Below, one piece after another: positions 30,164 through 38,223 of a DNA stretch of 64,000 nucleotides. The position numbers and the translations under genes were made by a program. Each line of letters opens with the position of its first letter. The first letter of the stretch is position 1. Under the pieces are notes generated by a model that was given only the letters and a program-made list of their open reading frames with translations, was not told where the DNA came from and made no database searches. The DNA is taken from NCBI GenBank assembly GCA_052390515.1, contig JBQTGV010000062.1, forward strand, positions 547 through 64,546, in the 5' to 3' direction. Source of the DNA: Candidatus Eiseniibacteriota bacterium. Lineage in GTDB: Bacteria > ARS69.

Positions 30164-30729
30164 CCTTCGCGGGCTCCCGTACGATTCCGCCGCTCGCCGC
30201 GCTCCTGTTCTGCGGTTGTTCCCTCATGCCCGGCGGATCGGCCGAACCGGACCCCGGCGAGCCGCCGCTCACGGAGACGGTGCCCGCGGACACGACGTCG
30301 ATCGCGGCGGCCGACTCGACAGTCGATGCGGCCCAGCCGGTCCTGACCGATGCGGAGCCGGTCCCCGTCGAGGAGCCCGCGCCCGCGAGTGACCCGGAGC
30401 CGGTCCCCGCGGTGCCCGCGCCCGATCCACCCGCCGAGCGCGTCGTCGCGGAAGCGGGGCCCGCCGAGCCGCTCGCCCCGGTTCAGGTGGAGCTGTCCGC
30501 CGAGGAGCGGCTCTCGCTGGCCACCGAGGCGCGGAAGGACCTCGAACTGGCCGAGCAGGCGCTGCGGAGCGAGGATCCCGATCCCCCGGGAGCGGAGCGG
30601 CGCGAGAAGCTCGACACCATCCGGAACCTCATCGACTCGGCGAAAGCTGCGTACAGCGAGGATCTGCGCGCCGCCGCGACGCTCGCGCACAAGGCGCGCT
30701 TGCTCGCCGAGGAGCTGTCGGGTACCTGA
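30160..30729 (+). CDS. Hypothetical lipoprotein (Pro/Glu-rich linker + helical C-terminus), coupled to the kinase
   Basis: Lipobox FCGC; ATGA overlap; C-terminal helices …LAHKARLLAEELSGT. Confidence 0.75.
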   Translation: MTFAGSRTIPPLAALLFCGCSLMPGGSAEPDPGEPPLTETVPADTTSIAAADSTVDAAQPVLTDAEPVPVEEPAPASDPEPVPAVPAPDPPAERVVAEAGPAEPLAPVQVELSAEERLSLATEARKDLELAEQALRSEDPDPPGAERREKLDTIRNLIDSAKAAYSEDLRAAATLAHKARLLAEELSGT

Positions 30730-30734
30730 CGCGA

Positions 30735-30860
30735 TCACCAGATCAGGACGGCCGTCACCACCGCAGCCACCACCGCCAGCACGACGAGCCCGAGCAAGGC
30801 GAAGCCGATCCACCAGCCTTCGGGCAAGCGAGATTCGGGAACCTGCGCCTTGTGTGCCAC
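30735..30860 (-). CDS. 41-aa single-TM small protein
   Basis: GGAGG SD 5 nt before GTG; MAHKAQVPESRLPEGWWIGFALLGLVVLAVVAAVVTAVLIW*; below the ORF-track cutoff. Confidence 0.6.
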   Translation of the reverse strand: MAHKAQVPESRLPEGWWIGFALLGLVVLAVVAAVVTAVLIW

Positions 30861-31285
30861 GAAGCCCTCCCGCGCCTGGAAGCGGATCGCGGGAGCGGGG
30901 AACGATGCGAGTTCCGGTCGCTCTTCTCCGTTCCCCCTCCCGGATCCGGTGGGCGCCCCGTTGCGTCGTACGCAAGCGCCCCGGGCGCGCAGGTGACTGC
31001 CCCCCGGCGGTCACCCGAAGAAGAAGCGCGCCCTTCCTGCGGACCGGTACCGAGACCGTTCGGGATCCGGTCCTGTCGGACGCCTACGCACGGACCGTGC
31101 CCGCACCGGCACGCCCCTGGACGGCCTCTGCCGGGGTCCTGCGGCTCCCGAGAGGTGTACTTTCGCCCGCATCCGGTAACTCCTACCGACCCGTCCGGCA
31201 CCGCGGAGAGGCTTCGGCCCGAGCGGGATGCGGCTGCGGCACGTCAGCGCCCCGCCACGATCGATCCGTTTCCTCGAGCCGTCGG

Positions 31286-31300
31286 TGGCACGACTCGTGC
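31286..31300 (+). promoter_or_regulatory. Putative sigma-54 (-24/-12) promoter
   Basis: TGGCAC-GACTC-GTGC; palindrome CGGTA-ACTCC-TACCG at 31174-31188 sits at a typical enhancer distance. Confidence 0.6.
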
Positions 31301-31348
31301 GGGCGCCACTGGCGGCGGGATCGGGAGTAGCGGAGAGGAGGCTCGTCG

Positions 31349-31606
31349 TTGTTGCACCTGCACCTGCTCATGCTCGTCATCGCCGTCGTGGCGCTTGCCG
31401 GACCGCCGCGCACCGGCACCGTGCGCACGTCGGCCATGGGGAGCGGGCCCCAGCCGCAGGCATCGCCCGCGGGGATGCCGGCCGCGCTGACCCCGGATGG
31501 AAGGGAGAACTCCACGGCGACCGGCGGGTCCTGGTCGAACGTCGCGGCGGTCAGCCTCGCCTCGCTCGGCGGGGCGCTCGTGCTGCGACGCCGCCGCCGG
31601 CGCTGA
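31349..31606 (+). CDS. 85-aa exported small protein with a C-terminal TM + poly-Arg sorting-signal-like tail
   Basis: AGGAGG SD; hydrophobic N-terminus; low-complexity linker; STATGGSWSN-VAAVSLASLGGALVL-RRRRRR. Confidence 0.6.
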   Translation: MLHLHLLMLVIAVVALAGPPRTGTVRTSAMGSGPQPQASPAGMPAALTPDGRENSTATGGSWSNVAAVSLASLGGALVLRRRRRR

Positions 31607-31693
31607 TCGGCAGGAGACTTCAGGCCACGGGAAGTACCGGCGGCGGCGGGGGGAGGTGCTGGGGCGCGCGCTCCTCGTCGTCGTCGCGGCGCT

Positions 31694-32734
31694 TCACTTG
31701 CGCTCGAACGCGATCCCCGGCTCCACCACGGGCGCGCGCCGCGGGCGGAAATCGACCCAGCGATCGAACAGGTAGGGCATCAGCGCCCTCTCCGTGACGA
31801 GCCACGCCACCGCGACGTAGCCGGCGCCCGCCACCAGGTCGACGATGTAGTGCTGGTTCAAGTACACCGCCGCGAACCAAGTCAGCGCGGGATACGCCAC
31901 GACCCAGCGCGCCCGCCGGCCGAAGCGGAGCACGGCGAAGACGGCGATGGTGAGCGGGTAGGCGCCGTGTAGCGAGGGCATGGCCGCGAAGAGATTCGGA
32001 CTGAAGTGGTCCCACAGCGTCTCGAAGAAGCGGACTCGGAACATCTGGTCCAGAGCGACCAGGCCGCCTGCCGCGCCCGAGACCAAGCCGACCTCCGAGG
32101 GCTGCCGCATCCCGTGAAGCTCCACGTACCAGGGCGGGGCTGCCGGATACAGCATGAACGTGGTCAGGCCGGTCAGGTTCAGCACGGTCAGCGTGTACAC
32201 GAAGCGATAGAATGTTCGCCGATCGTCGGCCGTGTGCCAGAGGATCCACATGAAGATGAGCGGCGCGCCGAAGTGGAGCGTGTACATGTTGGCGCTCAGC
32301 AGGTCCAGGGCGCCCTTGTACCACTCGCCGTCGTGTGCGGCCCGCCACCCGGCGAACCACAGTGGCGGTACCTCGCCCGGCGTGACCCAGCCGAAGAGCG
32401 CGGACTCCCAGCGGTACGGCTCGGCCACGTGGACGTACCCGCCCTGGATGGAGTCGGCTACCCCGCGCATCATGTCGTACAGGATCCAGAACAGGATGAA
32501 CGGAAACCAATCGACGAGGAACCGACGGCCGCTCTCCTTGCCGAGGAATCCGAACGCCAGCACCACGAGCGCCAAGAACAGGTGGTCCGGACGCACGTGC
32601 AGCAGCTGGTTGATCGCCATCGTGTACACGAGCACGAAAAGCAGGATGCCGATCTTCCAGCGCCGCTGGCTGCGGGGCGAGGGGCGGCGCTCGGCCGGTG
32701 CGGATTCCGAACCCGGGATCATGCGGCGATCCAC
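31694..32734 (-). CDS. PAP2 / Aur1 (inositol-phosphorylceramide synthase-like) membrane phosphotransferase
   Basis: YPAAPPWY, FAAMPSLH, VYLNQHYIVD motifs; multiple TMs. Confidence 0.85.
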   Translation of the reverse strand: MDRRMIPGSESAPAERRPSPRSQRRWKIGILLFVLVYTMAINQLLHVRPDHLFLALVVLAFGFLGKESGRRFLVDWFPFILFWILYDMMRGVADSIQGGYVHVAEPYRWESALFGWVTPGEVPPLWFAGWRAAHDGEWYKGALDLLSANMYTLHFGAPLIFMWILWHTADDRRTFYRFVYTLTVLNLTGLTTFMLYPAAPPWYVELHGMRQPSEVGLVSGAAGGLVALDQMFRVRFFETLWDHFSPNLFAAMPSLHGAYPLTIAVFAVLRFGRRARWVVAYPALTWFAAVYLNQHYIVDLVAGAGYVAVAWLVTERALMPYLFDRWVDFRPRRAPVVEPGIAFERK

Positions 32735-32786
32735 GTAGCATGCACCGTCCGGCCTGGCAACGCTTTCCTCTTCCGTCCCGGCCGAC

Positions 32787-35651
32787 TCAGTTCACGCGCA
32801 CGACCTTCTTCGTGCTACTGAAGTCCTGCGTCTCGAGCCGGTAGAAGTAGATCCCCGAGCTCACCTTCGTTCCGGCGTCGTTCTCTCCGTTCCACGAGAC
32901 CGAGTGCGTCCCGGCGGCGTGGAAACCCGACGCGAGGGTTCGCACGCGCCGCCCGCCGATGTCGAAGACCTCCAGGCTGATCTGCGCGCCGCTTCCCGGA
33001 ACGGCGAAGCGGATGGCCGTGTCCGCGCGGAACGGGCTCGGGACGGCGGCCTCCAGGCCGAACGCCTCCGGCACCGCGTCGCTCACCACGATCGTGGTCG
33101 CGGCGTCGTCGCAGTCGTATCCGGAGATGTCGTTGACGCCCCACATGTTCAGCGTACCGATGTCCTGTGCAACGACGTCAGCCACCTTCAGCTGCCACGT
33201 CCCGTCCAGCGGCTGGCCGATCAGTGCGGAGAGCGGCTGAGCCGGCGCCAGCGTGCCGGGATAGTTGCCGATGACGTCGTCGGTCGAGCCGCCGGTCTGG
33301 TTGTGCAGGATCACGTTCGTTCCCATCGGTGAGATGAGAGTCACCACGAGATCGCCGCGCCAGGTGTGGGTGATGTTCACGTCGATGTTGAGGTTCGCCG
33401 ACACGGTCGCGCCCGTGCCCGACACGATCAGGCTGCTGGTGACGCCCGCCGGCACGGCGTCCGGAATGGCGAGCGCCGGGCTCACCGACACGGAAGCACC
33501 TTGGGCGACTCCCGTACCCATCTGCAGATTGAGCGTCGTCTGCTTCGGGGCACCGTCGTCGTAGCTGACGAGCAGGCTCACGTCGACGGGGTCGCCGCAG
33601 GGGTGGCTGACCGGCAGCGAGATCGAGTAGTCCGTCGCGTTCGTGCCGGTGGCGCCGATGCCGAGGTCCGGGTAGCTCGACGCGCCCTGGACGACCACGA
33701 CTCCAGGCGTCGTCGATGAAAGCACCGCGGAGACCGCCGTGGCGCCGAGCGTGCCGTTGTTCTTCACGTCGATCTGGAAGTCGACGGTCTCGCCGGGGTC
33801 GGCCGCGCCGTTCGGTCCCGCGGACGTGAGCCCCACCGGCTCCACCACCCCGAGCGACACCGCCGGGATGTTCACGATGGCGTGCGCCAGGAACTTCGCG
33901 ATGAACTCGTCGGCGTGTGGGTCGCCGGGATGGAGCAGCCCCGCCGTCGCGATGATCGCGTTGGCCATGTCGCGCATCTTGATTCCGGAGCCGAGCCCGA
34001 ACTGCGCCTCGAGAATGATCCTATCGACGTCGGAGCGCGGATAGCTCATGCCCGTGAGGCTCAGCAGGGTCTGGAACAGCGGCGTGGACCATAGCTCGTC
34101 GGACTGGAATCCGCCGGGGATGGACTGGTGCGCGCCGTAGGTGGTGGTGTGTACGTACTGCGCGCCGAACGCGTCCATGACGCGCCCGGGCCAGCACAGG
34201 TTGCCGGTGCCGTGCCCGTCCCAGCTGAAGACCCACGTGGGATGATGAACCGATCCGTTCAGCGTGCTCCAGCTGTACGAGCCGGCCCAGTAGTCGCCGA
34301 ATCCTTCGCCCATGGCGCCGGCGTCACCCCCGCCCCACAGCGGGTTGATGCTGTAGTTGATGGCGTGGCCGTATTCGTGGAGCATCACGTCCGCGTCCTC
34401 GCTGTCGTCCACGCATCCGTGGCCGAAGGACATGCGGTTCGAGGCGGGCTGGTAGAAGGAGTTGTCCGCGCCCTGGAAGCCATCCGTATCCGTTCCGATG
34501 GGACCTTCCTGGATGCCGGTCGCGCCGGTGAAGCCGAGCGCCTGCATGTACCGCTGGCTCTGATCGATCTGGAAGTAGGTCATCGCGTCGTTGAACGCGT
34601 TGTTCCCGCGCACCGCCGTCCAGTTCCCGGTGGTCGTCGTGCTCGGCGCCGTGTTCGGCGTGTCCCAGTTGATGATGTCGATCCAGGGTCCGGTCAGGCT
34701 GTACACGCCCGCGTTGAGCGTGATGTCCAGCAGGCTGCGCGTGAAGTAGGCGCCGGTGAAGGACGCGGGCGCCGAACCGTCCTGAAGCGCGTCGCTCACC
34801 AGGGTGGTGCGCGGATCCGGGTCGAACACGACGCCCGTCCCGGAGGCACGGAGGCCGGCGGAGCGCATCCGGTCCGCGGACTGCTTCGCCTCGAAACGGG
34901 CGAAGGCGGCACGGCGGTCCGCGGCGGGGCCGGAGTACCCGGCGTTCCGCTGCTCCGGTGAAAGTCCGGTGAAGTCGTCGTTCACGCGGTAGAGGTTCGC
35001 GTCGCGGACGGCGAGCACCGCCCCGGTCTGCGCGTCGACACGGACCTCCCAGCCGCCGTAGGGCGCGGAGACGGGCAGGTCGACGATCCAGGTGAGCCGG
35101 AAATCCGCTCCCTCGGGCACCCAGGCGAGCCGTGCGCCCGGCTGGGAGAGGACCTCTCCGTGCGCGCGCAGGCGGTTCCACGCAGCGTCGAAAGCGGCCT
35201 CCCGGCCGAGGGCGGCCGTCCGCCCCGCACCGGCGTCCACCTTCTCCGGATAGGTGTTGTTGTACACCCGGTACACGCGGCCGTCGGCCCGGGCGATGGA
35301 GACGGTGATCCCGGCTCCCTCCACTTCGATCCCGCCGATGTCCTGGCGGAACGTGAAGTGCGTGCCGAGGAGGCTCTCCCGGACATGATCGAGCTGCAGG
35401 TTGGCGAGGCCCGCCGGCAGCTCGTAGCCCGCATGGTTCGCGACCAGGAAGGCCCGCGCGAGCGCTTCACCGGAAGCTCCCGCGGGGGTTCGCCAGGCGG
35501 GCTCGAACTGCAGCTTCGGCGTAGCACGGTGATCCTCATGGAAGCTGCCCGTCGCGGCGGCCGCCGCGAGCGCGGTCGGCGCGCAAACAGCCGCGAGCAC
35601 GAGCATGAAGCCGGCATGGAAGATCGCCGTCCGTCGGTAGCTGCAGGGCAT
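32787..35651 (-). CDS. Secreted M36/M4-like zinc metallopeptidase with propeptide, proprotein-convertase P-domain and FlgD-Ig CTD
   Basis: Signal peptide; FTP/PepSY-like region; HEYGH...MGEGFGD; P-domain ITHTWRGDLVVTLISP...GTWQLKVAD; CTD GRRVRTL...WNGENDAG...SGIYFYRL. Confidence 0.88.
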   Translation of the reverse strand: MPCSYRRTAIFHAGFMLVLAAVCAPTALAAAAATGSFHEDHRATPKLQFEPAWRTPAGASGEALARAFLVANHAGYELPAGLANLQLDHVRESLLGTHFTFRQDIGGIEVEGAGITVSIARADGRVYRVYNNTYPEKVDAGAGRTAALGREAAFDAAWNRLRAHGEVLSQPGARLAWVPEGADFRLTWIVDLPVSAPYGGWEVRVDAQTGAVLAVRDANLYRVNDDFTGLSPEQRNAGYSGPAADRRAAFARFEAKQSADRMRSAGLRASGTGVVFDPDPRTTLVSDALQDGSAPASFTGAYFTRSLLDITLNAGVYSLTGPWIDIINWDTPNTAPSTTTTGNWTAVRGNNAFNDAMTYFQIDQSQRYMQALGFTGATGIQEGPIGTDTDGFQGADNSFYQPASNRMSFGHGCVDDSEDADVMLHEYGHAINYSINPLWGGGDAGAMGEGFGDYWAGSYSWSTLNGSVHHPTWVFSWDGHGTGNLCWPGRVMDAFGAQYVHTTTYGAHQSIPGGFQSDELWSTPLFQTLLSLTGMSYPRSDVDRIILEAQFGLGSGIKMRDMANAIIATAGLLHPGDPHADEFIAKFLAHAIVNIPAVSLGVVEPVGLTSAGPNGAADPGETVDFQIDVKNNGTLGATAVSAVLSSTTPGVVVVQGASSYPDLGIGATGTNATDYSISLPVSHPCGDPVDVSLLVSYDDGAPKQTTLNLQMGTGVAQGASVSVSPALAIPDAVPAGVTSSLIVSGTGATVSANLNIDVNITHTWRGDLVVTLISPMGTNVILHNQTGGSTDDVIGNYPGTLAPAQPLSALIGQPLDGTWQLKVADVVAQDIGTLNMWGVNDISGYDCDDAATTIVVSDAVPEAFGLEAAVPSPFRADTAIRFAVPGSGAQISLEVFDIGGRRVRTLASGFHAAGTHSVSWNGENDAGTKVSSGIYFYRLETQDFSSTKKVVRVN

Positions 35652-35791
35652 GGTCGAGGACTCCTCGGTGAGGGGAACCTCGCGAGCATAACGGAGCCGG
35701 TCGGTTCGTTGAAAGGGTATCTCGGCGATTCACAGCGGCGCGTGGTACTGATTCCCGGCGGTCTTCGAGATTCGTCACGAAGGAGGCGATC

Positions 35792-37177
35792 ATGACGGGG
35801 AGCCGGGCGAAGGGGCCGGCCGCCGGAGTCCTCGCGGCGATCGTGCTCGCCGGGGCGGCGCACGGCCACCCGCATGCGGACGCCGAGGCGCCTTCGCCGC
35901 CGCGCAACCTCATCCTCTTCGTGGGCGACGGGCTGGGTCCGGCCTACGTGACCCTGGCGCGAACCTTCCAGGGTGCGCCGCTGGCGCTCGACTCCCTCCT
36001 CGTGGGGTCGGCGGGCACCGGCTCGGCCGATTCGCACGTGACCGACTCCGGCGCCTCAGCCACGGCGCTCGCCTGCGGCGTGCTCACCTACAACACCGCC
36101 ATCGGCGTCGATCCGGAGAAGCGACCGCGACGCTCGATCCTGGAGGCCGCGCAGGGGGCGGGGAAGGCGACCGGCCTGGTGGCCACGAGCCGCATCACGC
36201 ACGCCACGCCGGCGGCCTTCGCCGCGCACGTGAAGCACCGCGACCGCGAGGACGAGATCGCGGAGCAGCTTCTCGCGAAGCGCATCGACGTGATTCTCGG
36301 CGGTGGATCCCGGAACTTCGTTCCCAGTGAGGGGAAGCTCGGGCGCAAGGACGGCCGCGACTTGCTCGAGGCGGCTCGTGCGGCCGGCGTCCTCGTCGTG
36401 CGCGACCGTGCCGCGCTCCTCGCCCTGCCTCCCGGCGCCGCGCCGCTGCTCGGCCTCTTCTCTTCCTCGCACATGACCTGGGTTCTCGATCGCGGGCCGG
36501 AGGAGCCGTCGCTCGTCGAGATGACCAGAGTGGCCCTCGAGCGGCTCTCGACGAGCCCGCGCGGCTTCTTCCTCATGGTCGAGGGAAGCCGCATCGACCA
36601 CGCCGGGCACGCGCACGACGCGGCGACGGCGGTGCACGAAGTGCTGGAGCTCGACGCGGCCGTCGCGCTGGCGGTCGAGTTCGCCCGGCGGGACGGTGGC
36701 ACGCTCGTGGCCGTCACCGCGGACCACGAGACGGGAGGACTCTCTCTCGGCCGAGAGGTCGGCGGGCGAAGCATCTACGACTGGGAGCCGGACGTCCTGC
36801 GCGCGGTCCGACGCTCCGCCGACCACATCGCCGAGCGCGTCCGTGCGGGGGAGGATCCGCGTCGGGTCCTCGCGGAAGACGCCGGCCTCCTGGATCTCTC
36901 CGAGGAGGAGCTCGCGGGGATCGCGTCCGCCGCCGGCGACCTCGAAGTGGCGGTCTCCGACGCGGTCAGCCGCCGTGCCGTGATCGGCTGGACGACTCAC
37001 GGCCACACCGCGGTCGACGTTCCGGTGTGGGCCTTCGGACCGGGCGCCGCCGACCTGCGGGGGGCGCGCCCGATGGAAGAGCTGGGCCGCGCGCTCGCCC
37101 GCGCGGTCGGCCTGGAAGTGGGCGCCGTCCTGGACCCGTCGGCCTCGCGGTCCCCGCAGCCGACATCTTCGCCGTAA
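35792..37177 (+). CDS. phoA: Alkaline phosphatase (PhoA family)
   Basis: VGDGLG, VTDSGASATA (catalytic Ser), HATPAAF, EGSRIDHAGH, TADHETGG, HTAVDV. Confidence 0.93.
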   Translation: MTGSRAKGPAAGVLAAIVLAGAAHGHPHADAEAPSPPRNLILFVGDGLGPAYVTLARTFQGAPLALDSLLVGSAGTGSADSHVTDSGASATALACGVLTYNTAIGVDPEKRPRRSILEAAQGAGKATGLVATSRITHATPAAFAAHVKHRDREDEIAEQLLAKRIDVILGGGSRNFVPSEGKLGRKDGRDLLEAARAAGVLVVRDRAALLALPPGAAPLLGLFSSSHMTWVLDRGPEEPSLVEMTRVALERLSTSPRGFFLMVEGSRIDHAGHAHDAATAVHEVLELDAAVALAVEFARRDGGTLVAVTADHETGGLSLGREVGGRSIYDWEPDVLRAVRRSADHIAERVRAGEDPRRVLAEDAGLLDLSEEELAGIASAAGDLEVAVSDAVSRRAVIGWTTHGHTAVDVPVWAFGPGAADLRGARPMEELGRALARAVGLEVGAVLDPSASRSPQPTSSP

Positions 37178-37183
37178 GCCTTC

Positions 37184-38059
37184 CTACGGGACGGCCGCCT
37201 CCCGTCCGTCCACGCTCTCCACGAAGACGCTCAGCCCGTCGCGCACCACGACGATGTGGTCGGGCTCGACCGTCTCCCAGTGCACGTCGTCGGACAGGAT
37301 CTCGGAGGCGATGATCGCGCAGCCGGGCTCCGCCTCGGACCGCGTGATGTGGCAGCGACCGTCGGCGAACACGTAGCGGGAGCCGAGGCACCAGTGCAGG
37401 CTGGGGACTTCGGCGCTCCCACGGGCGAACCGGCTCGCCAGGATCGTCCAGCCGTCGGTGACGCAGAGATTCATGGCCAGCAGCCGCTCTTCGCGGTCCT
37501 CCCTCCACCACTCTTCCACCTGCAGGATGGTGCGTCGGAACGCCTCGAGCAGCTCCGCCGGATCGAAGCGCCGGTCGAGCGGCGGATGGAGCTGGCTCAA
37601 GAACAGGATGAAGAGCAGCTCGGTGTCGGTGTTGCCGGCAATCCTCGCGACCAGCTCGGCAGGGACGAAGCCGACGACCCTCTGGTGTAGCCGGCCGCGG
37701 CCGGGCACGTCCCCGTTGTGCATCCACAGGAGCGAGCCGCACTGGAACGGATGGCAGTTCGCCCGGCTGATCGGATCGTTGCGCGCGGCCGCGCGCACGT
37801 GCGCGAAGATGCAGCTCGACGCCACCCGCTCGGAGAGCGAGCGGAGGTTCTGGTTGTTCCAGGCCGGGGTGATCTCCTTGAAAACCGCGGGCTCCGCGGA
37901 GAGGGCGAAGTTGTACCAGCCGATGCCGAATCCGTCGGCGTTGATGCGCGTCCGGCTCTCCATGGCCTGGGCCGCCTGGTGGATCAGGCTGTTTGCCGGG
38001 CGGAAGATGAGGTCGGCGAGCGGCAGCGGATCTCCGCGGTAGGCCACGAAGCGGCACAT
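37184..38059 (-). CDS. Class II glutamine amidotransferase (EgtC/YafJ-like)
   Basis: MCRFVAY, NADGFGIGW, FAHVRAA, NCHPF, MHNG, GNTDTE, IIASE; GGAGG SD. Confidence 0.9.
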   Translation of the reverse strand: MCRFVAYRGDPLPLADLIFRPANSLIHQAAQAMESRTRINADGFGIGWYNFALSAEPAVFKEITPAWNNQNLRSLSERVASSCIFAHVRAAARNDPISRANCHPFQCGSLLWMHNGDVPGRGRLHQRVVGFVPAELVARIAGNTDTELLFILFLSQLHPPLDRRFDPAELLEAFRRTILQVEEWWREDREERLLAMNLCVTDGWTILASRFARGSAEVPSLHWCLGSRYVFADGRCHITRSEAEPGCAIIASEILSDDVHWETVEPDHIVVVRDGLSVFVESVDGREAAVP

Positions 38060-38083
38060 GGCAGTCCTCCACCGCCAATCTAG

Positions 38084-38161
38084 CATCGGGCGCGCGTTCG
38101 GCCCGGGCCTTGTCGGAGCCGCCATCGGGAGCGCACTCGGCCCCGGCCTTGTCGGAGCCGG
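38084..38161. repeat. Imperfect 39-bp tandem duplication (2 copies)
   Basis: CATCGGGCGCGCGTTCGGCCCGGGCCTTGTCGGAGCCGC / CATCGGGAGCGCACTCGGCCCCGGCCTTGTCGGAGCCGG. Confidence 0.85.
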
Positions 38162-38223
38162 ATCGGCGGGTCATAGTCCTGGGGAATCCCCTGCCACGGC
38201 GGCGGCGCCGCCGGAGGACCGAC

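Noticed and set aside
30845-30859. TGGCAC-N5-GCGC sigma-54-like motif on the minus strand
   Set aside because: It coincides with the GTG GCA CAC start of the 41-aa ORF, which has a good SD; more simply explained as coding sequence
37184-38059. egtC / ergothioneine pathway
   Set aside because: No egtB/egtD nearby; only a family-level call is supported
38084-38161. Mini-CRISPR
   Set aside because: Only two adjacent copies, no spacers and no cas genes
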